A stretch of 19,399 bases of DNA from Ginkgo biloba (lineage: Eukaryota; Plantae; Ginkgophyta): contig JANKJI020000002.1 in the NCBI GenBank assembly GCA_024626585.2, forward strand, positions 248,382,697 to 248,402,095, written 5' to 3'. Positions 1-10,853 of this stretch are shown piece by piece (the first letter of the stretch is position 1; the number at the start of each line of letters is the position of its first letter). The notes beneath the pieces are model-generated. The model searched no databases. It had not been told where the DNA came from and saw only the letters and a program-made list of their open reading frames with translations. Both the position numbers and the translations under genes were made by a program.

Positions 1-1330
1 CTAGACATTCTAATGTGGAAATTAATGCCTTGTCCTAATACTTTTCCATTATTCAATCTGATATGATCACCTCTTTAATTATTTCTAATGTTGAAATTTG
101 TTTCCATTCTTAGTCCATTAATCCTAGCATCCTACATGATATCATTAAGCAGTTGTGCACCTATCCAACTCTATAATATTATCACTACCTTGTGCAATGA
201 TATTAATTGATTAACGACCTTCTATATTTCATTAAAAGAAAACATCCTCCTCATTTGTATGTTCCTTAGACCCTTTGCACTAAATACATATAATATTTCC
301 ATGCACATCCTTTAAGGTGTCATCTAGGTTTTACTAAGAATTTTTACAAAATACATAACCATTTTTTTAGCCTAAATTACATCATAATCTTTCCAATTTT
401 CTTCGTTAGTGCCCTGCACACCAATCTTTCAAAACCTCTAAGTTGTGCCTTATAGGCCATCTTGAACCCATTTCCATCTCTACTCCTTTTAAACTTGTTC
501 CACATGATATTATTGGCCCTTTTCCCACATCCAATACTAAAAACTAAACTACATTATTGTTCTTACCAAATATCTTACTCAATGGTCTAAAGATAAATAT
601 ATTCCTTCCTTAGAAGCAAATGAAGTTAAAAATTTCTTACTTGAAGCCATGTACATTATCATTCCTATCCCTTATGATTTTTTTTCTAGTTACAACAAAA
701 ATTTGACCCCACAAGTTATGGCCATTACTAACTCTACTTTGTGTATCCACCAATCTTTCACAAGCCCTTTTAACCCTACTATAGATGGATTCACAGAATG
801 AATCAATGGTATTATTAATAAGATGCTTACAATGTATTTTAACACTTGACATTCTAACTAGGGTATTTTCCTACCATATGTTCTCTCTTCTTATAGTATA
901 TCTATTCAAGCATCCACTCACATTTCACCTTTTTGTGCATTGTATGTTCATGATCTAGTGTTTCCTTTAGATATTGGAATTCCTTCATTACATGTCCTTT
1001 TGCAGTCATCCTCCCAAAATAGGAATTATCATTTGACCACTATGCTACTACTATTGTATTTTTATTTACTTCAAAATATCTCTTTCGATTAGTAGTGAAA
1101 AAAAATGCTACCGTGATGCATGTCATCGTATTCAAGAATATTGTGGGTGATGTGATATTAGTCTATTATCCACTATAGAAGAGTGGACTTCTATGGAGAT
1201 TAATTCCTTGTTGGTTGGGCCCTTATGAGGTGATACAATGACACACTTAGTCAAAATATTAGATTTAGCATTTTGCCAATGGATCCATTCATTTAGCACA
1301 TGTTTTATAGATGAAATATTTTCATGGAAC
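1..1330 (+). mobile_element. pol: Degenerate Ty3/gypsy pol 3' part: end of RNase H, integrase zinc-binding domain, catalytic core and GPY/F module (pseudogenised)
   Basis: Manual translation gives four recognisable blocks. 3-38 RHSNVEINALS* resembles GxxNxxADALSR. ~298-423 FHAHPLRCHLGFTKNFYKIHNHFF/PKLHHNLSNFLR*CPAHQ is HHCC-like. ~470-975 TPFKLVPHDIIGPFPTSN/YIIVLTKYLTQW...TSPFNPTIDGFTE*INGIINKML...FLPYVLSSYSISIQASTHISPFCALY is the rve core. ~1146-1328 GDVILVYYPL*KSGLLWRLIPCWLGPYEV...AHVL*MKYF is the GPY/F module. Multiple stops and a few frameshifts. Confidence 0.93.
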
Positions 1331-1348
1331 ACCTCCTCATCTTTCTTT

Positions 1349-1357
1349 AGGGGGAGG
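1349..1357 (+). other. Polypurine tract (PPT) of the gypsy element
   Basis: AGGGGGAGG followed by TAA, immediately after the integrase C-terminus, the canonical PPT position. Confidence 0.7.
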
Positions 1358-1360
1358 TAA

Positions 1361-1617
1361 TATGGAGTTTACATCATATAATAACATGACATTAGATTCC
1401 AAGAAGTTAAAGGAAGTAGTTGATGGTTATGTTGAGGTGGTTTCCAAGGAATAAATAAATGAGTAAGCATATTGTCATTATGGATTTTTTGGAATATAGT
1501 TCTATCCAACCATGTTTATTATCTCAACTCTTGTATGAATTCATGACAATACTAACCAATAAAATAACTTCTAGCCTTATAATTGAGTTCATTACATGCT
1601 TGGAGAAACATTGATGA
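1361..1617 (+). mobile_element. Probable start of the 3' LTR of the same element (truncated by N gap)
   Basis: Position directly after the PPT only. It starts TA rather than TG, and no second LTR copy is available for comparison. Confidence 0.4.
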
Positions 1618-1906
1618 NNNNNNNNNNNNNNNNNNNNNNNNNNNNNNNNNNNNNNNNNNNNNNNNNNNNNNNNNNTTCATTGTAATAAAATAATGAATTG
1701 ATTGATATCAACTTGACGATTACAACAACGAGACATTGGTTTATATATTCTATTGTTTTAAGTTTTCCATGATTAGGCACCTTTTTATTATGTATATTCA
1801 TTTAATACTAATTGATTATTAAATAATACTAACCATTAACATAGTGTCTATCCTTATTCATTCTAATATATATCTAGTTATTTAATGTGATCTTTGTTAA
1901 GGAACT

Positions 1907-3033
1907 TGTTGTATGTAAAAACCCCACCTTTTCTTAGTTTCTTGGGTGGTAGATGATGTGGTGTCCACTTGGGCTAGGTGTCCTTGCCTTATATTTTTAT
2001 TATTGGTGACTGGTTTTTCCACCTGGGTGTTCCCTAGGGAAATTCATTTCATGTCATGATTTTTAATGTGATTTTGGGATGCCCATACTTGTAGTTGATT
2101 TTATGGTTGAGAGTTTGGTTGCATTTATGTTTGTGGAGTAACCGTTTTTTTGAAAAATTAAATGTTATAATATATTATTGTTGAGCAAGCATGGCTCAAG
2201 CATGGGGAGCCAGTTTATTTTTAGAAATGTAATATATTTATCATTTTTGTAATTATGTTGGAGAGGGTATACACTTGTGAGGTTCCTCTCACTTTTCAAA
2301 TCTGAANNNNNNNNNNNNNNNNNNNNNNNNNNNNNNNNNNNNNNNNNNNNNNNNNNNNNNNNNNNNNNNNNNNNNNNNNNNNNNNNNNNNNNNNNNNNNN
2401 NNNNNNTTTTTGATAAAATATAATATATTTATAATTTTTGTTCTTATGTTGAGGGGGAGGCCACTTGTGAGGCCCCTCTCACCATTCAAATCAAATTGAA
2501 TTCAAGTTGGTAGGGTAGATGGAGGAGAAAGGGGTGCATCCATGAAGGATGGCCTGGTGCACCAAAGTTAATGAGAGTTTTTATGTTTTGTATCTTTTGG
2601 AGAGCATGAAAATCAATGGAGAAGAATGAGAGAACTTGGATAAGAGCACTTGTAAGAGAGAACAACATATAGTATAAGAAGAGAGAATACGATTATCCCT
2701 ATGGAGAAGAAAAATGCAATAGGCTTCTGTTGGTTTTCAGTAAATAGTACAAACCCCCCCTTGTGTTTTAGTGTATTTAATCATAAATCGTTAAAAATAA
2801 ACCTGGGAATTTCTATGAAGGTTATTTCTGGTGCATATTTGTGTTATTTTTGTCAATCAAATAGTTTTATTGTGGTGTTTTTCATAAAATTTTCTTCCAG
2901 TCTATAATTTTAATACTTAGTTAGTCATTGAATTATTGTGTTGTGCTTTAGTTCTCTATGGTTTTTCCCATGCTAGAGGGTTGTCCCCTATCTATTTGTG
3001 CATTCCTCATGGCCTTGTGGTGCCTTTCCAACA
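1907..3033 (+). mobile_element. LTR-like segment (possible solo LTR)
   Basis: Bounded by TGTTG (1907) and CAACA (3033) inverted termini. Contains internal sub-repeats and a GGTTTTTCCC...GGGTTGTCCC motif near the 3' end. No target-site duplication (GAACT vs TCCTA). Confidence 0.45.
2219..2492. repeat. Two diverged ~85-bp direct repeats flanking a gap, each with a small GAG(A/G)GG...CCTCTC stem
   Basis: 2219-2302 ...taatatatttatcatttttgtaattatgttggagagggtatacacttgtgaggttcctctcac vs 2407-2492 ...taatatatttataatttttgttcttatgttgagggggaggccacttgtgaggcccctctcac. Confidence 0.8.
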
Positions 3034-3089
3034 TCCTACCACCCCTCTCTACTCACACATATAGTTTTGAATTTCCCTGCCTGTTATAC

Positions 3090-3270
3090 CCCTATCTCTN
3101 NNNNNNNNNNNNNNNNNNNNNNNNNNNNNNNNNNNNNNNNNNNNNNNNNNNNNNNNNNNNNNNNNNNNNNCATCCCTTATCTCCCTGTGAGACTCCACCA
3201 TGGCATCCCTATGGGTTATTGAGCAGTCCCCTATCTCCCTATGAGACTCCACCATGGCATCCCTATGTGG
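3090..3270. repeat. 54-bp minisatellite (2 visible copies plus a partial; gap probably hides more)
   Basis: TATCTCCCTRTGAGACTCCACCATGGCATCCCTATG recurs with CTCCCT at 3181 and 3235 (period 54). A CCTATCTC unit start also sits at 3091, just before the gap. Confidence 0.85.
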
Positions 3271-4534
3271 CCCATCAATCGCCCAGTGCACACCCTACCA
3301 TCGTTCCCTGCACAAAATAAACCAAAAAATAAAAATGTCGTAAACAAAAAAAAAATAGTTAAAATCAAACAAACAAAAAAAAATCACCCTAAGGTTAAAA
3401 TTTAATTTTTGCTGTGAATNNNNNNNNNNNNNNNNNNNNNNNNNNNNNNNNNNNNNNNNNNNNNNNNNNNNNNNNNNNNNNNNNNNNNNNNNNNNNNNNN
3501 NNNNNNNNNNNNNNNNNNNTATGAATAATCAAATAAGATTTATTAGATTTTCAAATGCACAGGAAAAATCAACTAAGGCAAATCGTGTGGTGAGGGATCA
3601 TTGGTTTGTACATTGTATGCACATCTGTGAATACATGCAAACATATTCTTAGTTGTTTCTACTATAAGTGATTGAGACATAAATCAAGAACATTTAATTT
3701 TACATCATTGTTGACACACCATTAAAATACATTAGCTACATTATCCTTCACATTCTAACATCAACAATAAAATGTCCACATTAGTAAGTAGAAAATATAG
3801 AAATGTGACTCATTGAAATTAAATTGATTACCACAAGACTTATTGAATGCATAAGTATGACTATTAATAAATCCAATAACAAACTTCCTTGGCAATGTAT
3901 AAGAAGTTTAGCTCAAGTGAATTATGCCTAGATCCTTGTGTAATTTGTGGATTGAATAAAATACATTAAGCACTAAAAGGTGATTAGTTCTTCTTCTAGT
4001 GAAAAAGAAAGTGTATGCAATCTTTCATATGACACATGAACAAGACATACCTTTCTGCCACATAAAGCCAAATAAAATTCTTAAGATATTTAAAACCCAG
4101 TTTTTAGAAACCTTTATCACCAAGACAAACACACCTGACAGGTAGGAAGTTGTTAGTGAATGGCATGAAGTAAATTGGTAGTGAGGCAAGCTCATAGTGA
4201 AGCAAGTTGACAACAGCTATTGATAAACGAGGACATTGTAGACTTGTAGCCATGATCAATTAAAATTCAACCATTTTTAACTTCTTGGGTATGTTATTTA
4301 TGTGGATGAATTATTTTATGACACTGAACTATTTTTCACTTGTATATTTAAGTACTGCAAAACTTGCTTTATGTTTCACTAAATCATCATCACTAAAATC
4401 CAAAGAGTTACTAGCAAATTTTTAAATTATATTAGTTATATAAAATCTATGCTCCTAGTACACATCCATAATGTTCATAAATTTATTTATTTTGTGTTTT
4501 TTAATAGCCTTTGTGCATCATATGCTTGAGTCTT

Positions 4535-4910
4535 TACAGTACAAAGAAGCCACATGGAACCTGAGCATTCAACTTCATGTTTTTCTTTGTTTCTTCAATG
4601 CCTTTGCATTACCATCCACATGGAACTTGGGTGTTTAGCGCCATATTTTTTTTTATTTCTTTGGTGCTTTTACATCACCTCAATAGTACAAAATAGCCAC
4701 ATGGAATTTGAGTGTCCAACTTCATGTTTTAAACTGTTTCTTATGTTCCATTGTATTATCTTGATAGTAGAAAGTAGCCATAGACTTGAGCACTCAACTT
4801 CATGTTGTTTTGTTTCTTTAATTCTTTTGAATCATCTTGATTGTACAAAGTAGTCCCATGAAACCTGAGTATTCATATTTTTCTTCATTTCTTTAGTCCT
4901 TTGCATTGCT
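4535..4910. repeat. Diverged tandem array, about 5 units of 65-81 bp
   Basis: Unit starts resembling AGCCACATGGAACYTGAG at about 4548, 4615, 4696, 4776 and 4852, most followed by CAACTTCATGTT, a T-rich tract, TTTGCATTA and AGTACAAA. Confidence 0.85.
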
Positions 4911-5181
4911 TGTGTACATCATAGTTTTGAAGGTAGAGAGTAACCATAATTTAAATACCTCATCCTTGAGTTAGGCCTTGAGTCACAATCTACAAACATC
5001 ATAAAAGGGACATGCATGTCAGTTTGGCTTCACTTCACTATGATTATTAACACAAAGATAAGCATGGACATGGCAGGGCTTNNNNNNNNNNNNNNNNNNN
5101 NNNNNNNNNNNNNNNNNNNNNNNNNNNNNNNNNNNNNNNNNNNNNNNNNNNNNNNNNNNNNNNNNNNNNNNNNNNNNNNNN

Positions 5182-6362
5182 TTATTTTTCCTTTCTCAAA
5201 TACAATTTTTTTTCTCAATACCCAAAAGTTTCAATCCTTCTCCCCTCAATTTCATTTAATTTATAGCCCTCTTATGGGAGCATGGTGCAATTATTCGTAA
5301 CTGCTTTTTTCCTTTCTCTGACAGTTGGTACGTATAGAGTGTATGAATCGGGGGCAAGAAAGTTAAAATCATTAACACTCCTCATTCTTTAAAAAAGATG
5401 ATAATAGATTATTGTCAAAGTTTGGTTACCCCTTAATTACCATGGTGATACTCTAATGGGATGATATGCATGCTCCAAGCGTATGATGAGACCTATTATT
5501 AATATCCTCTATCATCTATTATCAATGCACCACCATCACCCATCGCCCTAGCCTTTTCTTGGCTTCCTTGAACAAATTGGGAGAAGCTCCCATGGTTTAT
5601 GTAACAATTTCTTGAATCAACTAGTGAGTAACTCCCTGGTAGTATCGCATCGATTCTTGGATCCTCATGCATTGTGTCCCTCATTACTATTTACCTTCTT
5701 GATCCTACTAGGAATGTAGAGAGAAACTAGGAGTAGTCATTATCTCTCCTTGGTGCAAGTGCTTTAAATATACATTAGTCATGTCATGGGCCCCTTAATG
5801 ACTTTGCACCCTCCTAAGTCATTTTGAACCTTCCTAATCCCTCCAAAACTACGTAGAGCAACCAGTAGAAACTAGGACCATGTAGAGAACATGCTTTAAA
5901 TATACATTAGTGGTGTCATGGGTCCCTTAATGATTTTGCAGCCTCTTAGATTATTTTGATCCTTCCTGATCAAGTCAGGGAGAGGATAAGCTATCTGCGA
6001 GAAGTATAACTTCAAGGGAAGATGGATCTCCTTGATCGAATCCAAATTGAATGGGTCTTGGATGTTGAATTTCTCCCTAAATGAGTTAAGGAGTAAAATG
6101 AGAACCAGGATGCAATAGTTTGCTTGCTTTCAAGAATTCTCCCTGGATGACCTAAGAATCATTTTGTCTACTTTGAAGGATGGCAAAAAAGTCTTCAACC
6201 TTATTTTGATGAACCGTGCTCTTGATCAATAAGATACATGGTGCATGTTTTACATGGTTTTGAAAATCTTAATGTTCTTATGGGTCCTTGGGTTCAATAT
6301 TTTATCATTCTTATTTTTTTCTTGACTACCTGAGAATGAGGGGTTAAAATGAGGTGTCAACA
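5182..6362 (-). mobile_element. 3' LTR (U3 side) of a minus-strand Ogre/Tat-type gypsy element; left limit uncertain
   Basis: The minus strand begins TGTTGACACCTCATTTT at 6362, directly after a purine tract (AAACTAAGGAGGCCACT). 6122-6362 is duplicated at 6482-6723. A TATA-like GCTATAAAT lies on the minus strand near 5260. Confidence 0.6.
5760..5971. repeat. ~80-bp direct repeat, period 132 bp, inside the putative LTR
   Basis: TGCTTTAAATATACATTAGT..TGTCATGGGYCCCTTAATGAYTTTGCA...ATTTTGA.CCTTCCT.ATC at 5760 and 5892. Confidence 0.9.
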
Positions 6363-6381
6363 AGTGGCCTCCTTAGTTTGC
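6363..6381 (-). other. Putative PPT of the minus-strand element
   Basis: Reverse complement GCAAACTAAGGAGGCCACT abuts the TGTTG LTR start. It is absent next to the second LTR copy, as expected for a 5' LTR. Confidence 0.5.
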
Positions 6382-6481
6382 NNNNNNNNNNNNNNNNNNN
6401 NNNNNNNNNNNNNNNNNNNNNNNNNNNNNNNNNNNNNNNNNNNNNNNNNNNNNNNNNNNNNNNNNNNNNNNNNNNNNNNNN

Positions 6482-6723
6482 TTCTGCTTTTAGGAGTCCT
6501 CCCAGAATGACCCATGAATCACCCTGTCTACTTTGAAGGATATAAAAAAAGTCTTTGGCCATAACTTGATGAAGCTTGCTCTTTGATCAATAAGATACAT
6601 GATGCTTATGTCTCGTGGCTTTAGAAGTCTTCATGTTCTTGTGGGTTCTTGGGTTCAGTATTTTATTTGTCTTATTTTTTTCTTAACTAGATCAAAGTGA
6701 GGGGTCAAAATAAGGTGTCAACA
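6482..6723 (-). mobile_element. 5' LTR start of the same element (rest of LTR and internal region presumably collapsed in gap 6382-6481)
   Basis: Colinear with 6122-6362 at ~78% identity by hand alignment (about 52 differences in 242 nt). Similarity stops exactly at ...GGTGTCAACA. Confidence 0.75.
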
Positions 6724-7400
6724 AATACGATAAACTATTCAATCCTTTTCAAATCATGTTTTAATCTCTCATTATCATTTTGTGCCATTTCCTTTATAAC
6801 ATCCATGTTATTACTCATTCCATCAAGGTTTGTTATTATGTCATTAGAAAGCATTTAATGATGCTTTGCTTCCAATGTTTTCACTTTTCCTGAGCATAGC
6901 GAGGGGAAGGCATGGGCAACACTAAGTTCAAGAGCTTGCGTTCTTTGATCATTTTTCATAATAAGTCCATTAGAGCCACTGGTCTTATTATAGAATTTTC
7001 ATCTTATTCATACTCTATATATAATATAACTTTTTCAATGCCAATTTCCTTACTTTTACATAATTATTATATAATCTTTATTGGATAGAATCCTTTTCAT
7101 TTTGAATTTCTAGACTATCTACCTTAATAGGAATATCCATTAACTACTTGGTATGGTGTTAGAGTGGCAATTATTGAATAACAATTGAATATGTTGCAGA
7201 GGAATGATAATTAATCTCCAAAGGTCACTTGTAAGATGCTCCACTACTATATGGTCAATTCCCATAGCTGTTAGTTGATGGAACATGCCTAAAGACTATA
7301 AGAATTCAACATAAATTAGAGACTAAATAATCTATATGTATTCTTTAGGTCAATCTAAAACTTCCATTTACATAGATATTAGGAAATAGAAACAAATTAA

Positions 7401-7638
7401 TGTAATAAGTGTCACAATGTTTGTGACATAAATAGATTAGATAATATGTAATTATTATATTATCATGTAATTAGGTGTCAGTCAGTTAGAGGTTAGTTGG
7501 GTTAAGAACCCTATATAATAGGGATTGAAAAATCATTCATAGATGTTAGAAATTTTTCCATATTGTATTGATAGTGAAATTGATACAATTTAGAATTCTG
7601 TCAAATTCTTCAAATTTTTCTAGTTTTAATGATCAACA
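7401..7638 (+). mobile_element. Short LTR-like segment (copia-style solo LTR candidate)
   Basis: TG...CA bounds, GTTAG repeats upstream of a TATA-like CCCTATATAATAGGG (7509-7523), and a TGTCACAA-TGT-TTGTGACA hairpin at 7410-7428. No TSD found. Confidence 0.35.
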
Positions 7639-8717
7639 AAGATGCATGCAATATCAAAACTCAAAATAGTATATTCATATATCAATAAATAAAATTTGAT
7701 AACTTGAAGTGAAACTTTTTCTAGTACCAAATGATGGGTCACCCATTCAAGTGCATACATGATTGTAATTAAAGTCTTTGATAATAGCTTTTATATATGC
7801 ATACTTTACTCATATAAAGAGGGTAATATGATGCATGTATAGTAATCAATTCGAGTAATATATATGGAACAAGGTCACCTATTATATCTCATAATACAAT
7901 AAACTNNNNNNNNNNNNNNNNNNNNNNNNNNNNNNNNNNNNNNNNNNNNNNNNNNNNNNNNNNNNNNNNNNNNNNNNNNNNNNNNNNNNNNNNNNNNNNN
8001 NNNNNAGAAGGAGAAGCCTAAAAAGAAATATTGTAGTCTATTTGAAGACTATGAAAGAGAATAAATCCCTGATAAGATGAAACATGAGAGAATGGTAAAG
8101 CCTAAGTCAAATGAACAAAAGTTAGACTATCATTTGTTGGAGAAGAAGGAATAATTGTTGAAGAAAGAATGCCATGATAGCCCATTAAAATTGCATTTTG
8201 AATTCCCATAGAGTCGATGGATGACCAGATAACATGCAATAAAGTAAATAGTCAAGAGAAAATTCAGAATGCATTCTTGGGGTAGAGATTAAATGGCAAT
8301 GAAGACAAAAAATTGTAGAGGTTAAATGTCGTTGTGGTTTCTTGAGAGGTTAAATGTTGTTGTGATTTCTTGGGAAGCCATTGTGGTGTGGTTGTTGGGA
8401 AAGCATTATGTTGAAAGGTGAACACCTAAGANNNNNNNNNNCAACAAATTAAAAACTTGTTGAACGCCTATGTTAGACACCATTCGAAATGAGTCGTAGG
8501 AGTGAGTTTAGAAAACGAAAAGGAAAATGTAGCCATGGCAAAAATCAATGCAGGAGAGTGTTTTGAAAAGATATATTTTTAAACTAAAGGTTTGACAAAT
8601 TAAATTTGATTGGAGAAAATATTGGAGTATGCCCCTTGAGGACTTTTTTTATTTTTTAATTTTGATCTTGAAGCATGTTAAAACCATTTTCTATCATAGT
8701 TTTGCATGAAGAAAGAA

Positions 8718-8780
8718 TTGGGTTAAGTGGTTAGGTGATTATTTTTTGCTGAGAGAGGTCAAGAGTTTAAATCTTTCTTC
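8718..8780 (+). mobile_element. Degenerate tRNA-derived (SINE-like) head with Pol III A/B-box-like motifs
   Basis: TGGGTTAAGTGG (8719, A-box-like) and GAGTTTAAATC (8763, B-box-like), 44 nt apart, with GAGAGGTCAA before the B box. No cloverleaf, tail or TSD. Confidence 0.3.
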
Positions 8781-9589
8781 AAACTACTATTTTAAGTGAA
8801 AAATTAATGTGTCCATATGGATGACTGAGGGCTAAAGTTAAAAAAGAGATAAAGAAGAAAAATAGGGCTAAATGTAATTTTTACCTTTATTTTTCATCAT
8901 TTTTAGCCAATTTTTTTCCAGTAGAAAGATAAAATCACAAGGAAAAGATATATCAAGTTATTTAGACAAAATTCAAGTAAATTATCCTTCATTTTTTCAA
9001 AAACATATCAAGACAATTATTAAATTAATTATAAAAATGATATAAGAAGGAGAAATAAGGGGAAAGAAGAAAAAAACATTCAAAATTATGTNNNNNNNNN
9101 NNNNNNNNNNNNNNNNNNNNNNNNNNNNNNNNNNNNNNNNNNNNNNNNNNNNNNNNNNNNNNNNNNNNNNNNNNNNNNNNNNNNNNNNNNNCTCCTAATA
9201 CGACCAATCAAGCTTTCAAGAGACTAAAAACATAAAAGTAAACAATGATATGAAGTATCTTCTTTTCTCATTAATAAACCCTCCTATTTATTTTTGGAAT
9301 AGAAACTCATTTGCGTAACATAGATGATTACTATATACATGTAATATGACTTAAAGTTTAATGAATGTGTGCATTGAGTGCCACGGACATTTAAGTTTAA
9401 CAATTTTGTTGACAAAACTTTGTATTCTCTTCGAAAGTTATTATTGTCAACAAGCATGCACATGAAAGAGATGATACACTCCACATGATATAAATATAAA
9501 TAAGTGGATGAGAGATCATTGACATTGAAATATGACTTCAAATACAACTATACATTATATACCTACAAAATAGACATTTTCACAACATA

Positions 9590-9852
9590 TCTATATAACT
9601 AATACACTAAAAATTTATGGTCAACCCGACCGATTAGAGAGAATGAGTTGGTCAAAACATAAAAATAAATCTCGGAGAAATAGAATGATCAAAAGTGAAA
9701 ATTTTAATTTAATTTTCGTTATAGATTCTTCGTGCACCGACTCGAATGTTACGGTCCAACATTTCGGGGTAGAGCCCGACACATATCGGCACCATGGCTA
9801 TAGTTGTAGAGACCCCGTCCAAAGATGTAGGCATTAGATCTTGGACATTGTT
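9590..9852 (+). promoter_or_regulatory. Putative promoter/5' UTR of the host gene (CpG-retaining patch)
   Basis: 12 CpG in 9620-9820 against strong depletion elsewhere. TATA-like CTATATAA at 9591. CCGAC cores at 9626, 9737 (ACCGAC) and 9776. Lies directly upstream of ATG 9853. Confidence 0.5.
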
Positions 9853-10853
9853 ATGGGAAGAGAAGCCATGCTGCAGGCTATTGGCAGAGTTGTGGGAGGT
9901 GGGTTTGCCTGTAAAATTTGGGGAGGATAAGACACCGGAAGCTACAACCCCATCTCAAAGATGGATTTAATGATTAATGATATGCTTCAAACTTATAAGC
10001 AATAGCCTCATAAATTTGTCTTCCTCTTTACAGGGCAATATTTTCTTTTGTTAATTTTTTATTTCGTATATGCCAGAATTTCATTTAATATGACAACGAT
10101 TATTATGAGTATTTTAGGTCTTCGCATCTACGCTTTTGTTTTCCATCTCACACAGCAGCAACCATAGACAGTTACCTGAAATAATTGTTGAAGAGGGTTT
10201 GATGGATTACGGATGCTAAAAATTAATGTGCAACTTGAGAGTCACTTCTAACATATTGACAAGTTTGCATTAGAATTCCTTTTCACATCGCATGACAAAT
10301 TTTACCCCTACCTGCTCTATTCTCTACAATATATGCTCCCAGTGAAGCAATGTCTGTGATATAGATCCCAAAAGCGATCAAAAGAAAAGGAAAACAAATA
10401 AAGTTGGCCAACACATGACATTTGACAGTTTAAGTGGGAGATGGAATAGCAGGGCTGGTACAGAAGGCATGTTTGGCATGTGAGACTCCACAAAATGTTT
10501 CTTCGGTGAGAGTATCATCATCATCTTCTTGCAGTTGTGAATGTGGTTTTGTCCACATTTGTTGGCCACATGCACTGCCCCCTTGGTTACTAACAATTAT
10601 TGAGTGACTGTGATGGTGGTGTGGGGAATCTAATGTTTGGATTTGAATGTGGTGCAGGGAATGTGGTTTTGCCCACATCCGTTGGCCCCTCAGTTACTAA
10701 CAACAATTGGGAGGTGGATCACTGCGAGTTTGTTGGTGATGACCATCATAAATTGGGGCACCATTGTTTTTCTGACCATTTGGTGTTTGGGTCGATACCC
10801 ACCAAGGAAGAGGTGAAGGATGCTACTTTTGCTTTGCAGAACGCCCTTAAATA
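9853..10853 (+). pseudogene. 5' part of a plant UCP012943-family gene (At4g25170/At5g54540-like, from recall); damaged or aberrantly spliced
   Basis: 9853 MGREAMLQAIGRVVGGGF resembles the family N-terminus MGGGAM(L)RAAG/AK. 10660-10851 ...NWEVDHCEFVGDD...DHLVFGSIPTKEEVKDATFALQNALK resembles WExDDWEF...LVFGSVPSxxEVxDAxxALQ. It ends at a strong donor TA|GTAAGC (10854). Lesions: in-frame TAA at 9928, an AT-rich interruption at ~9960-10430, and an internal duplication. Confidence 0.75.
10658..10853 (+). CDS. Open exon-like block of the UCP012943-like gene
   Basis: Stop-free frame (part of ORF 10600-10854) preceded by branch-like CTAAT (10630) and TGCAG| (AG at 10656-10657), followed by GTAAGC and a pyrimidine-rich intron-like stretch. 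Confidence 0.6.

Noticed and set aside
637-1332. Minus-strand ORFs 637-852 and 1132-1332
   Set aside because: They are antisense shadows of the + strand integrase pseudogene.
3556-3610. Possible micro-exon TGCACAG|GAAAAATC...CATTG|GTTTGT (EKSTKANRVVRDH)
   Set aside because: Splice-like signals only; no recognisable homology or partner exons.
3090-4910. CRISPR-like appearance of the 54-bp and ~78-bp repeats
   Set aside because: Eukaryotic TE context, no cas genes, too few or too diverged repeats, and the ~78-bp inter-repeat parts are homologous to each other rather than unique spacers.
6363-6381. AGTGGCCTCC read as a primer-binding site on the + strand
   Set aside because: No convincing tRNA 3' complement beyond TGGC. 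It fits better as a minus-strand PPT, although the PBS reading is not fully excluded.
6886-6930. Helitron-like 3' end (GCATGGGCAACACTAAGT)
   Set aside because: No proper GC-rich hairpin and no exact CTRR-T terminus context that I can support.
8006-8431. Purine-biased block that might be decayed LINE or other TE coding sequence
   Set aside because: No diagnostic motif in the frames I translated.
8820-8886. Mutator/MITE-like terminal sequence (AGGGCTAAA twice, ...TGTAATTTTTACCT)
   Set aside because: No partner inverted terminus or 9-bp TSD visible.
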